39,794 bases of DNA from a virus: the UHGV virus genome UHGV-0220445; one strand, 5' to 3'. Both the position numbers and the translations under genes were made by a program. Below, in pieces: positions 7,508 to 16,220 of this stretch (the stretch's first letter is position 1; every line of letters starts with the position of its first letter). The notes under the pieces are model-generated. The model saw only the letters and a program-made list of their open reading frames with translations, searched no databases and was not told the DNA's origin.

Positions 7508-7511
7508 GATT

Positions 7512-7742
7512 TTATTTGTGCAAACTGATTTTAAATCCCATTTCTACAAACGCTTTTAGCATTAAAAATATATCAGCGTCATTCACGTCTGCTTTTTTTC
7601 GCTCCTGGTCGCTCAATAAGTCAATTTTGCGCGTCGTTTCATCGATAAACTCGACTGAGCGCCCAGCGTAACCAGCGATCCCAGCGATGCGATTAACAAA
7701 ATATTCATTGCGCACGTTAACGCCAGCGATAAGAATAAACAT
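7512..7742 (-). CDS. Small hypothetical protein (76 aa), paralog A
   Basis: ORF track; N-terminus shares MxIxIxGVN...IAG.AGYA with 7785..8012. Confidence 0.55.
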   Translation of the reverse strand: MFILIAGVNVRNEYFVNRIAGIAGYAGRSVEFIDETTRKIDLLSDQERKKADVNDADIFLMLKAFVEMGFKISLHK

Positions 7743-7776
7743 GATTAAGCTCCTTAAAAGCGCCCATAGTGGGCGC
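7740..7776 (-). repeat. 37-bp perfect direct repeat (start codon + SD + hairpin), copy 1
   Basis: catgattaagctccttaaaagcgcccatagtgggcgc identical at 7740-7776 and 8010-8046. Confidence 0.85.
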
Positions 7777-7784
7777 TATTGTTT

Positions 7785-8012
7785 TTATTTTTCTAAGTGA
7801 ATATTAAAGCCAGCGTTTAAAAATTCTTGAAGCATTAAAGTTACATCAGCTTCATGGATTCCTGCGCGCGCTCTATGTTCTACGTCATTGATGTTTATTT
7901 TAAACGTTGTTTCGTCAACCACTTCAGAACTTAGAGCATACCCAGCTAAACCAGCAATATCATAAACAAGAGTATGATTGTTGATATTTACGCCAGAGAT
8001 GAAAATAACCAT
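7785..8012 (-). CDS. Small hypothetical protein (75 aa), paralog B
   Basis: ORF track; paralogous to 7512..7742. Confidence 0.55.
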   Translation of the reverse strand: MVIFISGVNINNHTLVYDIAGLAGYALSSEVVDETTFKININDVEHRARAGIHEADVTLMLQEFLNAGFNIHLEK

Positions 8013-8046
8013 GATTAAGCTCCTTAAAAGCGCCCATAGTGGGCGC
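8010..8046 (-). repeat. 37-bp perfect direct repeat, copy 2
   Basis: Identical to 7740-7776. Confidence 0.85.
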
Positions 8047-8059
8047 CAGATTCCATTAA

Positions 8060-8710
8060 TTACGCTTTGAAAGCATCAGCCAGATAGTTATAGAAATCAT
8101 TTTTAATAAAGCGATATTGCTGAGTACCAGCTTTCGCGCTCCCAGCTCCTTTGACTTTTTCAACAAGTCCGAGACGTTCGCAAAGATTGATCAACTGGTT
8201 GGCTTGAGTATAGCCAGCGTCCAATTTAATTTCACACGCTTTTTTAGCTTCATTCATTAAATCGAAAACAGCGCCATTAGTGAACGTGTCGATCTCGTCG
8301 TTAATCATATCGATTAAAGCGAATACACGAGATCCGGACATATCAGCGACGGAATAAACACACTTTCCAGCTTTAATGGATTTAACCAGATAAACCAGTT
8401 TTTCCAGAGAATAACTGTTAGTCATTGCATCACGGAAAAAAACTTCTGGCGCTTGTTTGCTTGCTTTGATCGCATAGTAGAAAACAGAGCATAATTTTTC
8501 GTCTTCTACAGCGTTTACAACGTTGTTGATGAAGTAAGCAAGTTTAGTGGTAGCAGCTTGCATATTTGCTTTATCTGCTTTGGTGTGCGTACCATTTTTA
8601 TAATGTTCGTTATATGTTTGAGTTGCCAGATCTGCTTTTTCGCGCAGTTCATCGGATACAATGGAAGCAGCTTCAATGATGGATTTTTTAGAAATGATAA
8701 TGTTAGTCAT
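8060..8710 (-). CDS. Hypothetical protein (216 aa)
   Basis: ORF track; no family recognised. Confidence 0.5.
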   Translation of the reverse strand: MTNIIISKKSIIEAASIVSDELREKADLATQTYNEHYKNGTHTKADKANMQAATTKLAYFINNVVNAVEDEKLCSVFYYAIKASKQAPEVFFRDAMTNSYSLEKLVYLVKSIKAGKCVYSVADMSGSRVFALIDMINDEIDTFTNGAVFDLMNEAKKACEIKLDAGYTQANQLINLCERLGLVEKVKGAGSAKAGTQQYRFIKNDFYNYLADAFKA

Positions 8711-8966
8711 GATAATATCCTTATGAAAGTTTAAAATTTAACTCAAGAAAGAAAGTGTTTTGCACTCGTTCCTGATGCGTTCAATTATCGACACGCGAAA
8801 AAAGATTGCAAGTGTTTTTTTTAATTTTTTGCAGGGACGAAAGTCCTAGAAATAAAAGCGAGATCGTCGAAGGTGTTCCCTAAATAAATAATAAATTCCG
8901 GCTTTTGACCTTATATATTTATACGGGGGAGAATTGAAAGGGTATTAAATGAATGGCATGTAAAAT

Positions 8967-8990
8967 AATAACCGGACTTAGCCGGTTATT
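8967..8990 (-). terminator. Putative terminator hairpin (aataaccgg-acttag-ccggttatt)
   Basis: 9-bp stem just past the stop of 9004..9525. Confidence 0.4.
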
Positions 8991-9003
8991 ACCCTTATAG
9001 AAA

Positions 9004-9525
9004 TTAAAACGGAAGGATTCGTTCAACCCAATCGAAGAAAACAAGTATTTTTCTGCCGTCTTCTAACTTAAGAGTGACCTGGCAAGCATCAACGCCTCTT
9101 GATACCCCTTCTATTTCACGACCGTCTGCCATGTAGACCCTTATAGATTGGTCGTTTTGATAAGCCTTGCGACATATCGCAAAAAAGTCACGACGTGATG
9201 GCTGATTAACCATCTGTTCATTGTTCAGTGTTAGTCGACCTGTGAATGAAGTGTCAACCTCTTCTATGCCTGACTCAATTGTGCTAATGCGCTCAAGAGG
9301 GAGCCTTACACGATTTGTGTTGCTAAACGGATCTGGTGTGAGGTTCAGCTTATTTCTTGCGCTCAACAGCCCGTAGACATACATGCAAAACACTTGGCCG
9401 TCTTCGAGAGTGACTCTTACAGGAAATTTTGCACTCCGCCAGAAGAGCAAGGTGCGCTCAGCATGTTCGTAGTCTCGCGGCCAGACTTCAGCCGGTATGC
9501 CGTAGGTGATGTCCAATGTTTTCAT
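9004..9525 (-). CDS. Hypothetical protein (173 aa)
   Basis: ORF track; start overlaps the stop of the upstream gene. Confidence 0.5.
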   Translation of the reverse strand: MKTLDITYGIPAEVWPRDYEHAERTLLFWRSAKFPVRVTLEDGQVFCMYVYGLLSARNKLNLTPDPFSNTNRVRLPLERISTIESGIEEVDTSFTGRLTLNNEQMVNQPSRRDFFAICRKAYQNDQSIRVYMADGREIEGVSRGVDACQVTLKLEDGRKILVFFDWVERILPF

Positions 9526-10115
9526 TCTGATACTCTTAGAGGTGTTTTCAGCAACCCAAATTTAAATTCTTTGTTACCAACGACAAAGAAGGGAACCTCA
9601 ACATAGATTTTTTTATCGACGGATTTAGAGTTCGCTGTTTTCTGTATGTCACGAACGATACGTTTTGAGGTATTTTCATCGATAAACAATACCTTTCCAC
9701 TTGTATTCCCTTCAGCCTTGGCGTAAGTAACGATAGGGTCTTCATTGCCAACCCTAATGTTTACTTGGCAACCTGTTGTAGCCATTTCATCACAGTAAAG
9801 TGTGCCGTCTTGAACTTCTAAAACAATTCCAGATGGCTTCATGGCTTCGTCAGAGCTTACATTAACGTTTTCTGGTACAGCGGTCCCGTTAATTTGCAAC
9901 CGTAATCTTTCTTTTCCTGCATTAAGTATTGTTTCTTCTGCGTTATCTGAGAATCTGAACCAGACTGGTTGAATCAGACCTCGTGATTCGTATTTTAGTA
10001 CGTCTTCAGAAGTATACATGCTGTACGTTTTTTGCATGTCGGAGACGATATCTGACAACGCATTTGCGGAAAATGACGAGAGGTATATACAAGCAAGAAG
10101 TAACGAACGTTTCAT
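9522..10115 (-). CDS. Secreted/periplasmic protein with N-terminal signal peptide (197 aa)
   Basis: N-terminus MKRSLLLACIYLSSFSANA: basic n-region, hydrophobic core, AxA cleavage motif. Confidence 0.55.
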   Translation of the reverse strand: MKRSLLLACIYLSSFSANALSDIVSDMQKTYSMYTSEDVLKYESRGLIQPVWFRFSDNAEETILNAGKERLRLQINGTAVPENVNVSSDEAMKPSGIVLEVQDGTLYCDEMATTGCQVNIRVGNEDPIVTYAKAEGNTSGKVLFIDENTSKRIVRDIQKTANSKSVDKKIYVEVPFFVVGNKEFKFGLLKTPLRVSE

Positions 10116-10200
10116 TTTTATACAGCGATTATTGCAAAGTAGAATTATAAATATCCAATAGTCTCAAACGATAAGTTTTCAACTGTAAATAGCAGACGTG

Positions 10201-10240
10201 TTTCTCTAAAAGCTGTGCGGCAAAGGCGTTGTTGCCGCAC
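10201..10240 (-). terminator. Intrinsic terminator on minus strand (gtgcggcaa / ttgccgcac stem + AGCTTTT)
   Basis: 9-bp stem followed by T-run on minus strand. Confidence 0.5.
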
Positions 10241-10295
10241 TCTGTCTATTAGCTCTTCAAGTCTGGCAATTCTGAAATTGACTAAGAATCCAATA

Positions 10296-10574
10296 TTACG
10301 GCAGTTTGCTTAGAATTTGCTCTAAATCTTCCTTTGTCATATTAGAGTTCTCATAGATGCGCATGATTTTCTCACGAGCCTTAGCAGAGACTCCAACGGC
10401 AGATGAAACTTTGTCAAATTCAGCCATTGTCATCGCTTCCAGAATGGTATTGATAACTTCAGCCTTAGACATTTTGATGTTTTTTTCTTTTAGTTTCATT
10501 TGAAACTTTCCAAGTTTGTCATTGGCCTTATCGGACAATGCCACCTGACAATAAGTTGTTTTCTTTTCGCTCAT
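10296..10574 (-). CDS. Hypothetical protein (92 aa), translationally coupled to helicase
   Basis: ORF track; starts 2 nt after the helicase stop. Confidence 0.45.
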   Translation of the reverse strand: MSEKKTTYCQVALSDKANDKLGKFQMKLKEKNIKMSKAEVINTILEAMTMAEFDKVSSAVGVSAKAREKIMRIYENSNMTKEDLEQILSKLP

Positions 10575-10576
10575 AA

Positions 10577-12136
10577 CTAATCTCGTTTCAGAACTCCAAA
10601 ATCGAATGCGCCATCAATAGGCAATACACCTTCTGCAAAGCCAGGTGTGGTGTCGATGATGTGTTTTCGCTCATAAGAGTGAGACAACAGGTATTTGTTG
10701 CTAATGTCAATGAAATCAGTGATAAAACACACGTTTGCCTGATTCTTCTTGGCTCGTAAGCCACGACCGACACGCTGCCTCATTTCAACTTCTGCTTTCC
10801 CACCACCAGCCAGAATGACCGCACCAACGCTTGGCACATCAACACCGACATCCAGAATAGTCGAGCCTATTAAAACATCTATTTCGCCAGACGCTAAACT
10901 GTTCAGCTTTGCTTGCCTTGTCGCCTGGTTCGATTCCCCATAGATGAAGTCAACTCTAAGGCCGGACTCCTTCATCATCTCCATCAGGATTTGCCCGTGG
11001 CGTTTAAGACGAACCAGAGTCATGCAATTGAGAGAATGTTGCTTATAGAGCAATGCTTCGCGCACAATGGCCTCGTTACGTCCCAAATTATACACGATCC
11101 CCAACTGATAAGCCTTTTGGTAGGCTGTGCTCATACCTACTCTAAAATTAAGGTGTTTGTTGGCAAGTTCCGCCTTGATTCTGACCTCGTCTGGCTTGTA
11201 AGCAACTTTATGATAAAGGAAGTACGGTTTTGCCAGAATGCCTCGATCAATCAGGTACTTTTCTGTGACTTTAATTTCAATTCGACCGGCCACAGCCATC
11301 AGACGCATGTTGGCTTCTGTAGAATCCTTCATGAACGGCGTGGCCGTAAGCGCCAGACGATAGTCTGCGTTCACACATAATCTGGCAATGTCATAGAAAT
11401 TAGAGCCTGAAGACTCATGCGCTTCTTCCAGAATAAGCAGAGACACACTTGAAAGGAAGCGTTTCACTAGCTCCCGACGTTTGAGGTGGTAGCTTTTCTT
11501 ATCTGGTGTCGCATCGCGTGGTGGTTCTTCGAGGAAACTTGCAAGAGTTTGAACTGTAGCGACGTTGATATGTCGTGATACCTGGAACTCACCCGAGCCA
11601 ATGACTCCAACCTTTTGGTCTTTTAACCACGGTTCGCCATTTTCGGCGCGGTAGTCGATGGATCTCTGGAAGTTTTCGGCCATTTGAAACATCAGAACAG
11701 AGCGGGTTGTTAAAAATAATGTCATTCGACCGATACGTGCAGCTGCTTTGCAGGCAACGTTAGATTTCCCGCCACCAGTAGCGATCTGCGCAATCATCAT
11801 TCCCTCTCGAACCAGTGTTTCCACAGTCTGATCCTGATACGCATAATCAGGATTGTATGGGAATGGGTTAACCGCCGGATTTGGTTTACCAAGCGCCGGG
11901 GCTTTGTCTTTGCGGATATGAACACATTTGATGCCCGCCTTGTTCAAGTTCGCCGCTACAGGCTTGGCAAAGCCAGCAGGGAACGAGTTTTTACTCCAGT
12001 TGAACATCGTGCTTGTGCCCTTCCAGTCGCCAGTCTCGACTTCGTAGCTCAACATTTGCTGCACCAGTTGCTTTACCTTGTCATCTGCGCCAGAAATAAG
12101 CGCATTTACTGCGTTAGATACAATCCGAACAGTCAT
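10577..12136 (-). CDS. Superfamily-2 DNA/RNA helicase (DEAH-like)
   Basis: Motif I AQIATGGGKS, motif II LILEEAH, motif III TATP, motif VI QRVGRGLR. Confidence 0.8.
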   Translation of the reverse strand: MTVRIVSNAVNALISGADDKVKQLVQQMLSYEVETGDWKGTSTMFNWSKNSFPAGFAKPVAANLNKAGIKCVHIRKDKAPALGKPNPAVNPFPYNPDYAYQDQTVETLVREGMMIAQIATGGGKSNVACKAAARIGRMTLFLTTRSVLMFQMAENFQRSIDYRAENGEPWLKDQKVGVIGSGEFQVSRHINVATVQTLASFLEEPPRDATPDKKSYHLKRRELVKRFLSSVSLLILEEAHESSGSNFYDIARLCVNADYRLALTATPFMKDSTEANMRLMAVAGRIEIKVTEKYLIDRGILAKPYFLYHKVAYKPDEVRIKAELANKHLNFRVGMSTAYQKAYQLGIVYNLGRNEAIVREALLYKQHSLNCMTLVRLKRHGQILMEMMKESGLRVDFIYGESNQATRQAKLNSLASGEIDVLIGSTILDVGVDVPSVGAVILAGGGKAEVEMRQRVGRGLRAKKNQANVCFITDFIDISNKYLLSHSYERKHIIDTTPGFAEGVLPIDGAFDFGVLKRD

Positions 12137-12182
12137 AAACCTCTTTCCTTAGTGCCTTTTGTATGTTATTTGGCTATTATAA

Positions 12183-12200
12183 TAAGTAAGTGATTACTTA
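12183..12200. promoter_or_regulatory. Palindrome TAAGTAA-gtga-TTACTTA in the 64-bp divergent intergenic region
   Basis: Late-type palindrome family. Confidence 0.45.
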
Positions 12201-12218
12201 GTGGATTGTAGCAATAAA

Positions 12219-12899
12219 ATGGATGTAAAAATCACGATTTTGCAGGTTGATGTTGCCAACCTTCGCCCGAATACCTGGAACACCAATTCGGTTGGTGCGC
12301 AGAATTTTGAAAAACTGAAAGGTTCTATCGAAAAATTGGGCTTTTTTAAGCCAATTTTGGCTCGTGAACTTGAAGATGGATTTTTTGAAATCCTCGGCGG
12401 CGAACATCGCTGGCGTGCTGCTATTGAGCAAGGAATTTCAACGGTTCCGGTGCTTTCTGTGGGCAAAATTAGCGATGTCGTAGCTAAACAGATGTCACTG
12501 GTGGACAACGAGCGATACGGTGAAGACGACCAAATCGCATTGCAACGCTTCATTGAAGAAATTCAGTCAGAACTTGACTATCAACTGTCTGAAATCGCCC
12601 CGTATGACGACGAAATCTCGATGGTTTTAGCAAAAGAGGCGGCAATCGACCTTGAAGCACTGGAGGCGTTGTCTCGTGGTAGTGATGAGCCTGTCGATAC
12701 CGACAAACGAGAGAAAACCGAACGTGTGGGTGCGGAACATCAGACCATGCGCTTCAAAGTAACTTTCGATGCGTCAGATCGTGTTGCAGAAACCATAAAA
12801 AACATCATCAAAGAGCAGGCTATTAACACCGGTAATGAAATGGAGAACGCTGGTGAGGCTCTGGTGTGGCTGGTCGACTACTACAAGGAGCGTATGTAA
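12219..12899 (+). CDS. ParB/Srx-fold (ParB N-terminal domain-like) protein
   Basis: ParB box-like motif ILGGEHRWRAA; ORF track 12201..12899 (GTG); ATG 12219 chosen. Confidence 0.6.
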   Translation: MDVKITILQVDVANLRPNTWNTNSVGAQNFEKLKGSIEKLGFFKPILARELEDGFFEILGGEHRWRAAIEQGISTVPVLSVGKISDVVAKQMSLVDNERYGEDDQIALQRFIEEIQSELDYQLSEIAPYDDEISMVLAKEAAIDLEALEALSRGSDEPVDTDKREKTERVGAEHQTMRFKVTFDASDRVAETIKNIIKEQAINTGNEMENAGEALVWLVDYYKERM

Positions 12900-13567
12900 T
12901 GACCAAAAAGTTTGAAATCGTATATCGCGACCCGGCAGATCTTATTCCCTATGAGATGAATGCCAAAAAGCATGATGAACAGCAGATCCGAGATCTGGCC
13001 GCAGCCATTAAAAAGCGCGGATTTGACCAGCCAATTACGGTCGATAAGAACGACGTAATTATTACTGGCCACGGCCGCCGTGAGGCTGCAATTTTTGCTG
13101 GACTTGAGCGCGTGCCGGTTATTGTTCGCGATGATCTGAGTGATGACGAGGTACGTGCAAAGCGCCTTGAAGATAACCGACTTGCCAGCATTGATTACGA
13201 TGCAATTAAGCTACAGAAAGAGCTTGAGTCGCTTGTTCTGGACGATATCGAGGTTTTCGGCTTCGAAGAGCGTGAGTTGAATGTTCTCGTTGGCAGTATG
13301 ACAGAAGAAATGGACACCGACTCGCTAGTTATCGATCTTGGCGAAGAAACTAAACGACAGAAGGATGAACACACCGAGATCAGTCGTGAAGTTGCAGCGG
13401 AAGAAGTACGTGTTGTCGACGTATTGGGCTTTAAAACGCTCCCTGCTGGCTCTGCCATTGTTGTTGGTGATTTGCTTGCCCATATGGAAGAAATGACGGG
13501 AGAAAGCGGGGTAGACGCATTTGTGGCATATGCGGAGAAGATCTCTTCCGGGGAGATGGCTGCATGA
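12899..13567 (+). CDS. Second ParB/Srx-fold protein (paralog)
   Basis: Motif ITGHGRREAA; ATG overlaps upstream stop (ATGTAATG). Confidence 0.6.
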   Translation: MTKKFEIVYRDPADLIPYEMNAKKHDEQQIRDLAAAIKKRGFDQPITVDKNDVIITGHGRREAAIFAGLERVPVIVRDDLSDDEVRAKRLEDNRLASIDYDAIKLQKELESLVLDDIEVFGFEERELNVLVGSMTEEMDTDSLVIDLGEETKRQKDEHTEISREVAAEEVRVVDVLGFKTLPAGSAIVVGDLLAHMEEMTGESGVDAFVAYAEKISSGEMAA

Positions 13568-14229
13568 GCAAATACATCATCAACGTATCGTTTCAGACAC
13601 GCGTAAATAAAACCACGCGCACGTTGGAAATCGCTGAGTCGTTCGGGCTTGGCCTGGACGAAAAAGAGTGGACGCTTTACGACAATCTGGAGCTGGAAGT
13701 GAAGCAGGGCGATGTGGTGTACATCACCGGCCAATCCGGTTCCGGCAAATCCGTTGTGCTGCGCGAGTTGCAACGACAGATGAAGGATGAAGGGCTGTCT
13801 GTAGCCTCCATCGATGATTTTACCTTCGATAATGAGGTTAACGTCATCGATCAGTTGGGCAAAACGACCAGTGATGCGCTTGGGTTGTTATCTATGGCTG
13901 GTCTGAACGATGCATATCTGTTTGTTCGCAAGCCTTCTGAAATGTCAGACGGCCAGAAATATCGTCTCAAGATTGCCAAACTGATTGAGTCAGGCGCTAA
14001 AGTATGGGCTGCTGACGAGTTCGGCGCTGTTCTCGACCGTGTAACCGCTCAGGTTGTGGCGTCTAACCTCCAGCGTGCCGCTCGAAAGGTTGGTGCGACG
14101 GTAATGGTGGCGACGACTCACGAAGACCTGAAGAACGCGCTGCGCCCTGATATGCAGATCACCAAGCACTACAAAGAACGCGTGAAGGTGGAATATCACA
14201 ATGGTAGTCATGATGAGGTCCATTCATGA
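13564..14229 (+). CDS. ABC-type ATPase, nucleotide-binding domain only (221 aa)
   Basis: Walker A GQSGSGKS, signature-like MSDGQKYR, Walker B VWAADE, H-loop ATTHE; ATGA overlap upstream. Confidence 0.65.
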   Translation: MSKYIINVSFQTRVNKTTRTLEIAESFGLGLDEKEWTLYDNLELEVKQGDVVYITGQSGSGKSVVLRELQRQMKDEGLSVASIDDFTFDNEVNVIDQLGKTTSDALGLLSMAGLNDAYLFVRKPSEMSDGQKYRLKIAKLIESGAKVWAADEFGAVLDRVTAQVVASNLQRAARKVGATVMVATTHEDLKNALRPDMQITKHYKERVKVEYHNGSHDEVHS

Positions 14230-15116
14230 CGGACATCATCATTAAACGCTACCGCCCTGAAGAGTTTCCGCGTCATCTGGACTTTCTGGAGCGAATGACT
14301 GTTACAAAGGGAACTGTAGAGGACTGGCACGCTCTTAAGTCGCTTCACTACAAAACAGACGGCAAACCTTTCGCGCCAACTTACTATCGCTGCGAACTTG
14401 ATGACCGTCTGGTGGGCGTCGTGGTTATGGCTTACCCGAAACTACTGTTGGCACCTCGCCACCGCATGTTTCCTAAGTTGAAACCAACCACTAATACCAC
14501 CGTGGCTAACCAGTACTGGGGTCGGTACGTGAATAACAACTTTGCGGTGATCAGTCGCTCAGTTGTGGATACTCAGTATCGTGGCGTAGGCGTCTCTTAT
14601 CGAATGATTAACCTGGTTAGCAGGATGCATGACCGGCCAATCATTGAGATCCAGTCCTCGATGAGCAAATACAATCCCTTCGCCATGAAAGCAGGGTTTA
14701 AGTTCATCCGCCCTGAGCGACCGAAGAGCTATGAAAGTGCACTGCGTGTGTTCCAGCGCCATTTCCGCTCCGACCCGGGTGATAACGAGGCGATCGTTAA
14801 AGAGTTGTTCGCTATGAGCGAGTCTCGTCGTCGCCGTGCACTGCGTGATCTGGTGGCGGACTACCACAAGAACAGTTCCCTGGCAAAAGCAGGGCGGAAT
14901 CGTGGCACGACGATTCAGGACATTGCCGACAGTCTGGTGGACGAGGCCAGCATTGTGAAGCTGCTCAAGGACATTCACAACCTGAGCTTTACGTCTCCGT
15001 TGTATGGTGTGTACCGAAACCCTGACTTTGGCCGTCGACTGCCTGAAACGCTGCCACTGCTGGCATTCGACAAACAACCTTTGGATAAACCGTTAGAAAT
15101 TGCTTTACCGGCATAA
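14226..15116 (+). CDS. Hypothetical protein with possible GNAT-like acyltransferase core (296 aa)
   Basis: Pattern VGVVVMAY ... FAVISRSVVDTQYRGVGVSYRMINLV resembles the GNAT acyl-CoA binding motif; tentative. Confidence 0.35.
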   Translation: MTDIIIKRYRPEEFPRHLDFLERMTVTKGTVEDWHALKSLHYKTDGKPFAPTYYRCELDDRLVGVVVMAYPKLLLAPRHRMFPKLKPTTNTTVANQYWGRYVNNNFAVISRSVVDTQYRGVGVSYRMINLVSRMHDRPIIEIQSSMSKYNPFAMKAGFKFIRPERPKSYESALRVFQRHFRSDPGDNEAIVKELFAMSESRRRRALRDLVADYHKNSSLAKAGRNRGTTIQDIADSLVDEASIVKLLKDIHNLSFTSPLYGVYRNPDFGRRLPETLPLLAFDKQPLDKPLEIALPA

Positions 15117-15125
15117 GGATTTGCC

Positions 15126-15392
15126 ATGACGTTAACCGATAAACAAAAGGACATCATCAAAACGCTCAATCTCGGTTATGAGCGAGGTCATCTACTTGAC
15201 CTGGACGAATTGCTTGAAGTTTTGCCGTACAAGACAACCAAGCAAAGTATCCAGTTCTCAATTCGCGCTCTGATAAAAAAGGGGCTGGTGGAGAAAGGGC
15301 ATACGCGCCAACGCAGTGACAATCGCTATCACCGCCGGACTCTTGGGTTAACCACTTTAGGTCGAGCCAAAGCGAAGTTACTGGTGATGTAA
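15126..15392 (+). CDS. Small basic protein, possible winged-helix DNA binder (88 aa)
   Basis: ORF track; size and charge only. Confidence 0.35.
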   Translation: MTLTDKQKDIIKTLNLGYERGHLLDLDELLEVLPYKTTKQSIQFSIRALIKKGLVEKGHTRQRSDNRYHRRTLGLTTLGRAKAKLLVM

Positions 15393-15416
15393 TCGGTCTG
15401 GGAGCTTATTTAAAGA

Positions 15417-15471
15417 CCTGCTTCTGTATATATAAATAATAAGTAACTTATTAAATATATACGGAAGCAGG
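15417..15471. repeat. ~55-bp imperfect AT-rich palindrome with GC clamps (cctgcttc ... gaagcagg)
   Basis: Core aataagtaacttatt belongs to the late-type palindrome family; ~115 bp upstream of terminase small subunit. Confidence 0.7.
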
Positions 15472-15505
15472 CTTCGTAAGACATGCCAGACCTAATTAAA
15501 CACCC

Positions 15506-15569
15506 CAGAAAACAAGTTGGTTAGCAGATGCAGTAAACAAGTTGTTTTAGAGCGCATGGACGCGCTCTG
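15506..15569 (+). promoter_or_regulatory. Two copies of early-type motif (gaaaacaagttggtt, gtaaacaagttgtttta) followed by hairpin agagcgc-atggac-gcgctct
   Basis: Sequence pattern directly upstream of 15588 start. Confidence 0.4.
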
Positions 15570-15587
15570 TGTGTTTTAGAGGGATCT

Positions 15588-16220
15588 ATGACGGTCGAAA
15601 AAGACGAGGTAAAAACTCGCCTGACACCAGCGGAGTGGGCCGAAGCTGAAGCCAAATGGACGTCAGGCGAATATACACTCTCAAAGCTGGAGGAAGAGTA
15701 CGGCATTCGTCGTGAAACACTCTCCAGACATTTCAAAAAGCGAGGATTAGAGAAAGGCGCGGACTCTGTTGGGAAGATGGTTCGTGAGTCTCTTAAATCT
15801 GACGCAGAGCTTCGCGCTAAAGCCCGTGCGGAAAAGATAGAAGAACGTCGTACACGTTATGACGGCTGGGCGTATGCGTTGGGGCAGATGGTGATGGTCG
15901 AAGTCACTACGGCCAAACGTGAGGGTAAGCCTTTAGGGGCGATTGAGGATTCTCTCAAGAGCTTACAGAGAGCCAGTAATACCCTTGCAAAATGCTTTGA
16001 AGTTTCGTCCAAAGCATTGGGCATGGATCATGCGGAAAATGACGAGGAAGAAATTCCGAACCTGGTATTTGGTGAGCTTACGCCTTCCCAGGTGGCGAAA
16101 TTACGTCAGGAAGACGACGAGCCTGAAATCATCGATGACGAATTGCTTGAGACGTTAGAAGAAGAAGCTCTAAGCGAATTTGATGCGACAGATGATGGAA
16201 GTGAAGGGGAGGACGAATAA
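15588..16220 (+). CDS. Putative terminase small subunit
   Basis: Directly upstream of and overlapping the large terminase; HTH-like N-terminus, acidic C-terminal tail. Confidence 0.5.
   Translation: MTVEKDEVKTRLTPAEWAEAEAKWTSGEYTLSKLEEEYGIRRETLSRHFKKRGLEKGADSVGKMVRESLKSDAELRAKARAEKIEERRTRYDGWAYALGQMVMVEVTTAKREGKPLGAIEDSLKSLQRASNTLAKCFEVSSKALGMDHAENDEEEIPNLVFGELTPSQVAKLRQEDDEPEIIDDELLETLEEEALSEFDATDDGSEGEDE

Noticed and set aside
13195-13773. Minus-strand ORF (192 aa) antisense to the ParB-like and ATPase genes
   Set aside because: Ser/Thr/Arg-rich low-complexity translation opposite well-supported genes.
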